DNA from: a virus
Taxonomy: Duplodnaviria; Caudoviricetes
Strand: one strand, 5' to 3'
Length of the DNA: 64,000 bases
Virus record (IMG/VR): IMGVR_UViG_3300032321_001270
Location: 128,001-192,000 of that record
Made by a program: the position numbers and the translations under genes. Positions 25,528 through 33,823 of this stretch are shown here, piece by piece (position 1 is the stretch's first letter; each line of letters opens with the position of its first letter). The notes beneath the pieces were generated by a model, which was given only the letters and a program-made list of their open reading frames with translations, did no database searches and was not told where the DNA came from.

Positions 25528-25798
25528 TATCAGTTCTCCTTGCAAGGTGGTCCCGCACCGCGGTCAAATCGCGGATAGCGGTGTCGATCATGTGCACGGC
25601 TTCTTCTCGGTCGCCGGCATCGGACATTTCAAATATCAAAAACGCGAAGAGAGTGTCGCCACACTGGCGAATTGCGTTTTTGCTTTGGCGGTTGATGTAG
25701 TCGTGAAAGGACTCGCCAACTTCCGGCGGATCTATGCCTAGCAGATCTGAAACCGGGTATGAATCGTAAACTTCTTTTGGTATAACTGGGTTACTCAT
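25520..25798 (-). CDS. hypothetical protein
   Basis: CGDTLFAFL..E motif; GAGGA SD. Confidence 0.7.
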   Translation of the reverse strand: MSNPVIPKEVYDSYPVSDLLGIDPPEVGESFHDYINRQSKNAIRQCGDTLFAFLIFEMSDAGDREEAVHMIDTAIRDLTAVRDHLARRTDNG

Positions 25799-26000
25799 CC
25801 TCTTTCCATCGTTGACGCTCTTTCCGGGTTGGAATGCGTTTGGGGAATTTTTCCGGGTGACACAGCTGGCATGAGGCGCGGTTACAGCCGTTGTGGGTTT
25901 TGCGGTAACGACCCGGTGCGCCGTATTCTCCGCCGTTTAGCTGGCGGGCTTCTTCCCGGCGGCGGAAGATGATGTGTTTTTCTTCGTGGTAGCGTTTCAT
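25791..26000 (-). CDS. small basic Cys/His protein
   Basis: GCNRASCQLCHPEK. Confidence 0.6.
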   Translation of the reverse strand: MKRYHEEKHIIFRRREEARQLNGGEYGAPGRYRKTHNGCNRASCQLCHPEKFPKRIPTRKERQRWKEDE

Positions 26001-26001
26001 G

Positions 26002-26442
26002 TTATGGATCGCAGTAAGTGACAACGTTGCAGCCGCATTTGCTCGCTAGCTTTATGACGTCATGTGCGTAGACAGCCACGACCTTGTTTCGGTCTATGTG
26101 TCCGGCCGCAATGAGCGCTGTCAGCCCAAGCTTTGCAATTCCGCGGCGGCGATAGTCTGGGTCAACAAAACATTCCACGGTTTGTACAATTGTCTGGCGC
26201 CCCTTGAATTTTTCAGGCCACGGGCGTGTACCCACCCAGCCAGCAAGTACATCATCCAGCCAGACTAGAGCTAGCGCCATTTCTGGGTGTGGGCCGGGTT
26301 CTGGCTCGCCGTACCGCTTGTGCAACTCTTTTTGAATCGAGCTGCTGCTGCCAGAATCAGGCCACGAAAGCCGCGACATAAGCGCGGTGACATCAATTAA
26401 CGCAAGCTTGTTGATGTCTTTGATTTTGATAACAAATTCCAT
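26002..26442 (-). CDS. GNAT family acetyltransferase
   Basis: Motif A FVDPDYRRRGIAK; GGAGG SD. Confidence 0.8.
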   Translation of the reverse strand: MEFVIKIKDINKLALIDVTALMSRLSWPDSGSSSSIQKELHKRYGEPEPGPHPEMALALVWLDDVLAGWVGTRPWPEKFKGRQTIVQTVECFVDPDYRRRGIAKLGLTALIAAGHIDRNKVVAVYAHDVIKLASKCGCNVVTYCDP

Positions 26443-26476
26443 GGGCAGCCTCCGCGCTTACCCATGAATTATACAA

Positions 26477-26549
26477 AGCCGGCGGTCGGACTCGAACCGA
26501 CGACCTACTGATTACAAATCAGTGGCTCTACCAACTGAGCTACACCGGC
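26477..26549 (-). tRNA. tRNA-Thr(UGU)
   Basis: Full cloverleaf: acceptor GCCGGTG/CGCCGGC, D arm GCTC/GAGC, anticodon stem ACTGA/TCAGT with loop TTTGTAA, T arm GTCGG-TTCGAGT-CCGAC. CCA is not encoded. Confidence 0.97.
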
Positions 26550-26555
26550 GTCACA

Positions 26556-27023
26556 TCAAACTGGTTCTGCTACCAACCCTGCGGGCCAGTAGTATGGCAG
26601 ATCAATTGGCTCTAGCCAACCAAACCGCGAATAGTGGCGATAGTCTTTTCGCAGTAGGTTGCTGCGGTGACTCGCGTGAAATGTTTCGTCGCCCACCCAC
26701 GGCGGGTAGCGATTAACTGTTATTTGTGCCCGCAACTGAACGTAGCTGCGCATGAATTGCGGGCACAGTGTGTCGTTGAAGCCGCGGTGAATCCACTCGC
26801 GGCAAACTACTATGGCGTATACAGTCAGCGCGGTTTCAAAACCCAACCACATTCGAACAGCCGGGTGATTGCGCCAGCTTGATGTGCCGGGCTCGTGCTC
26901 GCCGACTGGTACGCCCAAGCAGAGTAATATCTGCTTGCATTCAACCCTTTGCTTGCCTAGACGTTTATTATCCAAGCAGGCAGCCGAGGTTTTAAACCGC
27001 GGCAGCGGCAAAAAGGTTTGCAT
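26556..27023 (-). CDS. pyrimidine-dimer DNA glycosylase-like (MSMEG_6728/DenV family)
   Basis: MQTFLP...LDNKRLGKQRVE..QIL...HPAVRMW...SHRSNLLRKD...LPYYWP. Confidence 0.9.
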   Translation of the reverse strand: MQTFLPLPRFKTSAACLDNKRLGKQRVECKQILLCLGVPVGEHEPGTSSWRNHPAVRMWLGFETALTVYAIVVCREWIHRGFNDTLCPQFMRSYVQLRAQITVNRYPPWVGDETFHASHRSNLLRKDYRHYSRFGWLEPIDLPYYWPAGLVAEPV

Positions 27024-27032
27024 GTATGCCTA

Positions 27033-27371
27033 TTAGTCCTCGTCATCAAAATTGTCGTTCTCGTCTACTTCAAAGTTTTCGTCATATGACGGCTCGTCTT
27101 CATCTTCATCTTCATAGTCTTCGTCGTCGTCCCAGTTCTCATCGTCTTCATCGGTTTCTTCTTCGTCGTCTTCGTAGTCTTCGTCGTCGTCCTCTTCTTC
27201 TTCCTCGTCATCAAAGAAGTAGTTTGGTTTCGGCGTATCCATGAGACTGTCGTCGTCATCGTCTTCGTCGTCAACGAATTGCCATTCTTCTTCGATAAAA
27301 TCGTCGTCAAGGCCGTCGTCACGTTTCGATTTAGCGTCACGGCGAAAAGAAGCTGGCTCAAGATAGCGCAT
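27033..27371 (-). CDS. hyperacidic low-complexity protein
   Basis: About 64 of 112 residues are D/E by manual count. Confidence 0.7.
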   Translation of the reverse strand: MRYLEPASFRRDAKSKRDDGLDDDFIEEEWQFVDDEDDDDDSLMDTPKPNYFFDDEEEEEDDDEDYEDDEEETDEDDENWDDDEDYEDEDEDEPSYDENFEVDENDNFDDED

Positions 27372-27373
27372 AA

Positions 27374-30007
27374 TTATCCGATTTCCCGGGCGGCGTTTAG
27401 ATCAGACAACAAGTACTGGTCGCACAATTCTGTTGTTACAAGAATGCCGGGCATGCCGTGAACAATAGCTTCGCCTTTAAAAGCGTCGTTAGCCGTCAGC
27501 TGCTCGACAATCTGTAACCAGTTTGGTGGCAATGCTTTGCAACTATAAAAATAACGATCAATGGCCCTTTGATTCAACCACCAGTGTTCTTTTTTTCGCA
27601 AAATGTAATTTGTCGGTTGATCTTTTTTGCGCGGTTGCGGGAGTACGTCGATTTTTCCGGTTTGTATACCGGCGTAAACAGCGGCTAAAAACGCGGTATC
27701 AGCAGTGGTTTGCGTACTTAACCTGCCGGCGGCGTACTCCAGCTGGAACGTGGCGCCATACGCTGTGTTCAACCACTCCGAAACGTCTGCCAGTACCGCG
27801 AGGGTTGTGTTTTGGTCGAGGAGGCTGAGCCGCATCCTATTTTTGAGGGTGTGTTGGATGTACGCCGGCAGAACGTAACGTAGAACGGAAAAATCAGTTG
27901 ATTTGCTGCTCGCGCGACCGTCAACCACTTGCCACCCGTAACTTTGCGCGGCGGCCGCGGCGATTGAGGATAGTTTTACGAGTAGCGGGCGGTTGTGGCA
28001 TTTCGGAACGATTGGACTCACGCTTGTATCGTCAAACGTGCTCGATACAAATGTTGGCCACAGGCATTCGTTTGTTTTGTCGTAGATGTGTTTGCTGACG
28101 TCGGCGCGGCGCAAAATAGCTGCCTGCAAATGCTCGCAGCCCAGCATCTCACCAATTTTTACGGCAGTGTCGAAGTTTTCGCCTGTGACGGCGGTAGCAA
28201 CATGTTCGCGGCGCAAGATCGGGTTGATTAGCCCGGCGGCAACTGAAGCAAAAATACTCCACGTGAACGCATTCTCAGGACTGGGTGTGAGTAACGTTCG
28301 GATGCTTGGCGGGGCGACTTTTACCGGTTCAGGAAACGTCACGCGGCGGTGTTTTTTTGTAGGCGACAGCGTCTCTGCTGTTGTGCCGTCGTTTTTAATT
28401 TCGTAGTTAGCGAAACGAAAAACGTTTGCTTTGTCATCCCACCCAAGCCGATTTGAAACGTTGATGAATTCCGGGTTGTTCAGCTCTATGGATATTAAGT
28501 GGCTGCGCCGATTCCATGTTCGATCAAAAACCAGCAGTTTGCGATACTGCGCGACGTGTGCTTCCGCAAACGCTAATAATCCCATGCGCTCAATTTTGTT
28601 GGCGCTGTCTGAGAACGGGAACTCTTCGCCGGCAAGATAGATGACGCCGCTGTACGTTTTTTCGCCGTCGTCTGAATGCACGATCTTATTGATGACGACG
28701 TTCGCCGAGCATATGCGTTGATTCGTCACGCTCCACCAGCCGTCGCTACGCGGAGTGACCAACCAGCGCCACGACAGTTTTGGCGTCGTGGCCGACGGCA
28801 TGGTGTTCACCTGCGACAGCACGCGATCAGCAAATCCGGCAGAAAACCGTTCTGATATCTTTTTCAGAAACACGGTCAGTTTGTCCGGCGTGATCGTCAG
28901 GCGGGAGGCGAACGAGTGCGCGGCAATCTCGCTCATACTACTCATGGCGCGGTACAAGCTTGTTTGCCATGTTTCTGCGTTTACGCGCATGGCGGTGAGT
29001 CGGCTCAGCGCGTCTGTACTTAGCCGGCGCTGTAACCGCTGCGTCTGCGACATAATCGTTACGTAACCGCGGGCTGTGCAGGCGCGGCTTACAAGTTCTG
29101 GATTTATGGCGCGACTCTGGAAGATTCGGCTCAATGGCGGAAAAGAATGCCAGTTCAACCCGTAGCTGTTGGCTTCATGTCCGGTATAGCTGCACATTAA
29201 CGGGAGCAGGGGTAGTCCACGCTGCAGGTGCTCGCATTGCATGCTCAGCGCCCAGAACGGATTGTCGACAATGAACTGGGTATTTTTTAACAGCTCTCCG
29301 ACTGGTTGCAGCGCGGTCTTGAGCAGGAAGTACCCGGCTTCTGGTCGGCGGCGTTTGTACCCGGTGGTTGGCACGAAAGTTTGTTTGGCTTCAAACTCTT
29401 CGGTGTATTGCACAAGTAAGACGCCGGTAAGCCGTCCGGGCAAGTCGTAATATGGAAAGACAAGACTCGTGCCTTTTGGGCGGACGCTTCGCGGTTTTGC
29501 CCTGCCAAGCGCGCGGCAGATCTTTTCAATCTGATCCGGGTACGCCACGCCAACTAGTCCGGCCGCGTTGATCTCATGTTGCACGCCCAGCTCGCGGAGG
29601 CGGCACGCGATTAAGTCGTCGCTGTGGTTCCATATCTGCGCTTCGGCGTCAAACCAAAAGTTCTCTATTTCACGGTGCCGGGTTATGGCGCGGTCGTACT
29701 CGCCCGCCATATTGTCTTTTTCGCCGTGATTTACGAGATTTAGGTCAGCGAACCTGTTAAGCGCGTCGGGTAGGCTTGTATTCCATAATGACGCGCCAAA
29801 GGTTATGATATCTCCATGGACTTGACACGAATTACAGTGCAGCCATATACCGTCTGTGGCTAGGTCGTCAAACAGGTGCAGAGTATTCTGTTGACATAAC
29901 GGACAATTCACGACGGCCGGAAAAGTCACATTTTCTGGCGCAACGCCCAACGCCGATAGGGCGCTCACATGGTGTTGTCGGCTGACTAAACAGGTAGGAA
30001 AACCCAT
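27374..30007 (-). CDS. degenerate primase-helicase-like protein
   Basis: N-terminal CPLC...CNSC..HGD.I.F Zn domain, LVFPYYDLPGRLTG primase-like segment, RLGWDD DUF927-like segment; no intact catalytic motifs seen. Confidence 0.6.
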   Translation of the reverse strand: MGFPTCLVSRQHHVSALSALGVAPENVTFPAVVNCPLCQQNTLHLFDDLATDGIWLHCNSCQVHGDIITFGASLWNTSLPDALNRFADLNLVNHGEKDNMAGEYDRAITRHREIENFWFDAEAQIWNHSDDLIACRLRELGVQHEINAAGLVGVAYPDQIEKICRALGRAKPRSVRPKGTSLVFPYYDLPGRLTGVLLVQYTEEFEAKQTFVPTTGYKRRRPEAGYFLLKTALQPVGELLKNTQFIVDNPFWALSMQCEHLQRGLPLLPLMCSYTGHEANSYGLNWHSFPPLSRIFQSRAINPELVSRACTARGYVTIMSQTQRLQRRLSTDALSRLTAMRVNAETWQTSLYRAMSSMSEIAAHSFASRLTITPDKLTVFLKKISERFSAGFADRVLSQVNTMPSATTPKLSWRWLVTPRSDGWWSVTNQRICSANVVINKIVHSDDGEKTYSGVIYLAGEEFPFSDSANKIERMGLLAFAEAHVAQYRKLLVFDRTWNRRSHLISIELNNPEFINVSNRLGWDDKANVFRFANYEIKNDGTTAETLSPTKKHRRVTFPEPVKVAPPSIRTLLTPSPENAFTWSIFASVAAGLINPILRREHVATAVTGENFDTAVKIGEMLGCEHLQAAILRRADVSKHIYDKTNECLWPTFVSSTFDDTSVSPIVPKCHNRPLLVKLSSIAAAAAQSYGWQVVDGRASSKSTDFSVLRYVLPAYIQHTLKNRMRLSLLDQNTTLAVLADVSEWLNTAYGATFQLEYAAGRLSTQTTADTAFLAAVYAGIQTGKIDVLPQPRKKDQPTNYILRKKEHWWLNQRAIDRYFYSCKALPPNWLQIVEQLTANDAFKGEAIVHGMPGILVTTELCDQYLLSDLNAAREIG

Positions 30008-31181
30008 GACAAATATCCCGCTCGATCAGTCACACGATGTCAGTGGTTGCGAAACGCACCGGCTTACCACTCTGTACCCGCAGCCCGACTTTGTTAAAAG
30101 TGCCGCGCATGACAGACTCACCGGCGGCTCTGAGTTAGCACGCCATTTGTATGCTGATCAGCGCAATAAACTTTATCCGTGTCACACGGCGCCCGCAACA
30201 TGGATGTCCGCGCTTTTCTTCGCGGACAAGCAAGCGCAGTTTGACCCGCGCGACGCCGACACTATTAAAACTAGGATACACCAAGCGGCTGAATATTTTG
30301 GCATTGCCGGTGCTGTGGCGGAACTAGAAGAAAAGGTCGCCGCGGCCAACAGCCATGACATTAATGCGCTGCCAGACTCCGAGTTTGCGATTGTCTGGGT
30401 CAGCGACATGGGCGGTAAAGAACGGCACTGGCCGCTACGCAACGCCTCCGAAGTCAAGTTTGCCGCAGCCCACTTCAAGGAATTTCGCGACAACTTTGTG
30501 TTTGCCGACCGTCATATCATCGCCAGCAAAATCCTCGAAAAGGCGGCTGAATACAGCGCAGATGTTTCTGAGGCTGACGGCTCGCTTGAACTTGCTGCCG
30601 GCCTTGGTGCTTGTGCCGCCAAGGTTGCCAGCCAAATGCTTAAAGACCGCGTACGGCTCACCCAACGGCAGCACGCCGATCTGGCCGCTGAGTTGTCCAA
30701 GTTGGCTGAGGTCATTGACCAGAACCCCGAAAGGGCTCGCGAGGTTGAGACCCGGTTGAAGTTGGCGAGCGCGGTCGACAATTTTGATAGGAATACCCAG
30801 CTTTACCGGCTATACGACGCCGGCGGGCTTCCACGGCCTGAAGAAGTATTATTTGCAATCACCGAAAAGGTAGCCCGCGAGTTCATGAACCAGAACGTCG
30901 AAACCACGACCGGCAACGTCTACGCCCTCGAAGATCTTGAGAAGCTGGCGGTTGAAGACGTGCGTGAGTGGCTTGGCGACGAGTTCGCTGATGCCGTGAG
31001 CGCCGGCGGAGTGTACATGGACCGGGACAAGCTCGCGGCCATTGTGCCCACGCTTGACCGCGGTATGGCCGCCACGCTGGACCGACTGGTGCAGCAGAAG
31101 ACGGCCGGCGCTGTTGTTAAGTCAGCGGCGGCGGACAGTCTTCTTTCGCTTGAGCGCCTTCGCGAACTTGCCCGGGGCTGA
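30006..31181 (+). CDS. hypothetical protein with DUF6582-like motif (possible head/scaffold-associated)
   Basis: LPDSEFA...RHWPLRN..EV..AAAHF; related earlier segment KLYPCHT..ATW.SA..F; AGGA SD. Confidence 0.75.
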   Translation: MTNIPLDQSHDVSGCETHRLTTLYPQPDFVKSAAHDRLTGGSELARHLYADQRNKLYPCHTAPATWMSALFFADKQAQFDPRDADTIKTRIHQAAEYFGIAGAVAELEEKVAAANSHDINALPDSEFAIVWVSDMGGKERHWPLRNASEVKFAAAHFKEFRDNFVFADRHIIASKILEKAAEYSADVSEADGSLELAAGLGACAAKVASQMLKDRVRLTQRQHADLAAELSKLAEVIDQNPERAREVETRLKLASAVDNFDRNTQLYRLYDAGGLPRPEEVLFAITEKVAREFMNQNVETTTGNVYALEDLEKLAVEDVREWLGDEFADAVSAGGVYMDRDKLAAIVPTLDRGMAATLDRLVQQKTAGAVVKSAAADSLLSLERLRELARG

Positions 31182-31655
31182 AAGCTTTTTCTTAGGTTTT
31201 CGCTTTGGCTTTGGTTTCGACTGCGCAAACAATTTTGTAATACGCCCAAGCACGGCGTTCGCCGTCGTTTTTTTGTAGTCGACTTTGTCCCACGCTTGGT
31301 GCGTTTCTTTTGCCAGCCCGCGGCGGCTCGCTTCAAGGTCGTGAAACAGGCTGTACTGTGGGTTGTACCACTTGTAAGCGCTGCCCTTGCCCTTGCAGCT
31401 TACGTAGTCGCAAACCGAGATTTCAAAAACAGTGCTTGTCACACTGTCCATGATGATCTGCGCGCCGGCAATAAACCCGGTTGCGCGCGGGTCATCTTTT
31501 TGCGGACGCGGTCCGATGCGAGACGCGTCGATTATTACGGCGTTCCGCCCATAACAATCCCAGCAGTATTTTTCGGCGCTATCAATCGTGTACTTGCACG
31601 CTTGGAAAAAGCGTGCAAGTTGTTCAAACCCGCAGTGGTCAATTTTTGTCGACAT
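31122..31655 (-). CDS. hypothetical protein with basic tail
   Basis: Y.W.CYG..A and AYKWYNP motifs, AWD.VDY. Confidence 0.7.
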   Translation of the reverse strand: MSTKIDHCGFEQLARFFQACKYTIDSAEKYCWDCYGRNAVIIDASRIGPRPQKDDPRATGFIAGAQIIMDSVTSTVFEISVCDYVSCKGKGSAYKWYNPQYSLFHDLEASRRGLAKETHQAWDKVDYKKTTANAVLGRITKLFAQSKPKPKRKPKKKLSAPGKFAKALKRKKTVRRR

Positions 31656-31884
31656 GTGCGATATGTTTTATCCGTTTGACAAGTTCGCGCAACGCCGCAA
31701 GCGCTGGGTTTTCGCGAACCTTGGGCGTGAGAGCGCCCGGGTCGATGTTTTGAGATGAGAGGCCGCTAAGTTCTTCTTGGCGGCAAGATTCTAAATAGTG
31801 ATGCCAGTTATCGTAGGCGTCACGGTCTTCGTCTGATTCGTACGGTCTGTATGGTTCGTCAAGAAGTCTGTCGTTCCAACCCAT
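31639..31884 (-). CDS. hypothetical protein
   Basis: ORF track, operon packing. Confidence 0.6.
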   Translation of the reverse strand: MGWNDRLLDEPYRPYESDEDRDAYDNWHHYLESCRQEELSGLSSQNIDPGALTPKVRENPALAALRELVKRIKHIAHVDKN

Positions 31885-32053
31885 CTTTCTTTTTGTCCTC
31901 GTTTTTGACTAATAGTTCACCGCGCACGATGGACGTGGCTTTGGGCGCGGTTAAGCCGATCTTTACTCTATCGCCGGTAATCCCCAGCACTTTGACGACA
32001 ATGCCGTTACCAATTACGACTTCCTGTTCCTTCTTCCTTGAGAGTACAAGCAT
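31859..32053 (-). CDS. csrA: carbon storage regulator CsrA/RsmA
   Basis: MLVLSRKKEQEVVIGNGIVVKVLGITGDRVKIGLTAPKATSIVRGEL aligns with CsrA; the R6- and R44-equivalent RNA-binding residues are retained. Confidence 0.93.
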   Translation of the reverse strand: MLVLSRKKEQEVVIGNGIVVKVLGITGDRVKIGLTAPKATSIVRGELLVKNEDKKKDGLERQTS

Positions 32054-32063
32054 GATGGCTCCA

Positions 32064-32735
32064 TCATTCTGTTGCAGATTTTTGCAGTAACTCAACCACG
32101 GACTTCGTGTTGCCGTTTTGCAAATCTAACGCCGCGAGTTGTTTGATAAGTAATCCAGTTTTCAAACGAATTGACTGGTTAATGTCTTCTGTTTTTCCGG
32201 CCTCTACGTCATACACAGCGTTGAACATCTCAGGATCATCCGAGAAGTCTTGAATGGAGGGCGACACGCGGGCGGCTCTGAGTGCCACGCGCAGGATGTC
32301 GGGGGCGTTGATGATTCCTTCACTGTCGAGCACGGAACCGATGTAGGCGCGTATCTCATCTGTAAACGGTTCCGGGTCTTCATCGTCGGGCGGGGAGATT
32401 AGCAAGGCTTCTGTAATCCCCCACGCCACTTCTTCGGCGTCAGCGGGATCCCACATATCTGGTCGGTATGTGTCGCCGCCTAGAACGTTGCAAAAATTAA
32501 TGAAATCGGGCAGGCTTTTAAAGAACTGATCTGTGGTGAGAAGCTGAATGGCGACCAGCAGCTTGTCGAGTGACAACTGGGGAAGCTCGACGTCAAACTC
32601 TTCTTCAATTTCGAGGGTGATGGTGGCTGGGTCCCAGTGCAACGCTTCCATCCCAAATTTGTCAAGAAACAGCGTCAGTAGTACTGTCGCAAACGTCTCC
32701 CGGCTCTTCCACGCTTCCTGCATTATTTTTGACAT
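32064..32735 (-). CDS. conserved hypothetical protein
   Basis: ORF track; well-formed acidic helical protein. Confidence 0.75.
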   Translation of the reverse strand: MSKIMQEAWKSRETFATVLLTLFLDKFGMEALHWDPATITLEIEEEFDVELPQLSLDKLLVAIQLLTTDQFFKSLPDFINFCNVLGGDTYRPDMWDPADAEEVAWGITEALLISPPDDEDPEPFTDEIRAYIGSVLDSEGIINAPDILRVALRAARVSPSIQDFSDDPEMFNAVYDVEAGKTEDINQSIRLKTGLLIKQLAALDLQNGNTKSVVELLQKSATE

Positions 32736-33207
32736 TGAGGCCAGCCCTGTTCTCAATCAGCCGCACACCCCGGTGGCGCAGCTCGACTAGATTATACGCG
32801 ATTGTCTCTAGCGGCGTCCTTGGAAGAGTCGTAACCCGTTCTCCAGACTCAAGATCCGTCCAGCCAAATTGCCCGCTCCACGTGGCAAACCGCCCATCCG
32901 CGAAAGCGATCTGTTGGGCGCAGCACGGGTGGTTGTCTGCCGTCTCAGGCCAGTCTTCCATGTGCCGCGACGCCCACATCAGCTCTAGCAGCAGCAAGCG
33001 CTGTTCTGCAGACAGAAACGCAAGGTTTTCCATCATGTCAGCGATCAGGATGTAAAACACCGCATCTTCGGCAAGCGGGGCGTCTGGAGCCGGGGCCGTC
33101 TTTTTCATTACAGCCGAAAAAAGATTGCGTATTTGCAACTTGCTAAGTTTTACGACCCGCATTACCATATCGAGCGTCAGGTCTTTTTTCACTTCGGAGG
33201 TAGCCAT
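32662..33207 (-). CDS. hypothetical protein
   Basis: Protein-like segment from MATSEVKK; start uncertain (33207, 33219/33222 or internal). Confidence 0.6.
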   Translation of the reverse strand: MATSEVKKDLTLDMVMRVVKLSKLQIRNLFSAVMKKTAPAPDAPLAEDAVFYILIADMMENLAFLSAEQRLLLLELMWASRHMEDWPETADNHPCCAQQIAFADGRFATWSGQFGWTDLESGERVTTLPRTPLETIAYNLVELRHRGVRLIENRAGLNVKNNAGSVEEPGDVCDSTTDAVS

Positions 33208-33484
33208 GTCTGTTTCCATCATCGACAACCTTTCTAACATTACGTCTGGTCGCGCTGAATTCGTCGTCAGCGCCAATGGTATCGAAGAACTTCTGTCGTC
33301 GGCAACTGCAAACGTCGTGCTGCAAAAAGCTGCGGAAGCCGGACTGAACCGCCCGGGGGTTTCGAGCGCGAGCGGCCCATATCCGGTTGACGCTGACGGC
33401 AAGACCGACGACGAGTTGATGATGGGCAAGCGCGGCCCGGTCGCCGGTTACCGTCGAGATTTTGTTATCTTAGCTTCGATTTGA
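33206..33484 (+). CDS. hypothetical protein
   Basis: GGAGG-5 nt-ATG; GPYPVDADG motif; stop abuts the opposite-strand stop. Confidence 0.75.
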   Translation: MSVSIIDNLSNITSGRAEFVVSANGIEELLSSATANVVLQKAAEAGLNRPGVSSASGPYPVDADGKTDDELMMGKRGPVAGYRRDFVILASI

Positions 33485-33823
33485 TCAGGCGTCGTCTGGC
33501 CGGTCGACGATGAGCATATCCGTAGGTTTGCCGTTATCAAATCCGACAACGGCAAAACATATTGGTGTGCCGCAATCTATATCGAGTTTCTTGGCGGCAG
33601 CGTATGCGGCGCGGCGGCTCATTGACGTTGCCGCGTGGCACGCCGCGGTAAGTGTGCCAAATAGGCCGACAGGCACGTCGTCCATTGTGTGCCGCCAGAC
33701 GACAAGATAGCCCGACAGCGCGTGCTTCTTTTGGTACTCGGGGCCGTACGGATTCTTTTTTGGCGTACCGGAGGCGCGCGACGCGCGCCTCTTCTTTTGC
33801 GTTTTTGATATTTTTGTCGTCAC
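33485..33823 (-). CDS. hypothetical protein
   Basis: GTGA overlap; YLVVWRHTMDDVPVGLF. Confidence 0.65.
   Translation of the reverse strand: MTTKISKTQKKRRASRASGTPKKNPYGPEYQKKHALSGYLVVWRHTMDDVPVGLFGTLTAACHAATSMSRRAAYAAAKKLDIDCGTPICFAVVGFDNGKPTDMLIVDRPDDA

Noticed and set aside
27113-27192. 18-nt direct repeat TAGTCTTCGTCGTCGTCC
   Set aside because: Explained by low-complexity D/E codons in the acidic protein.
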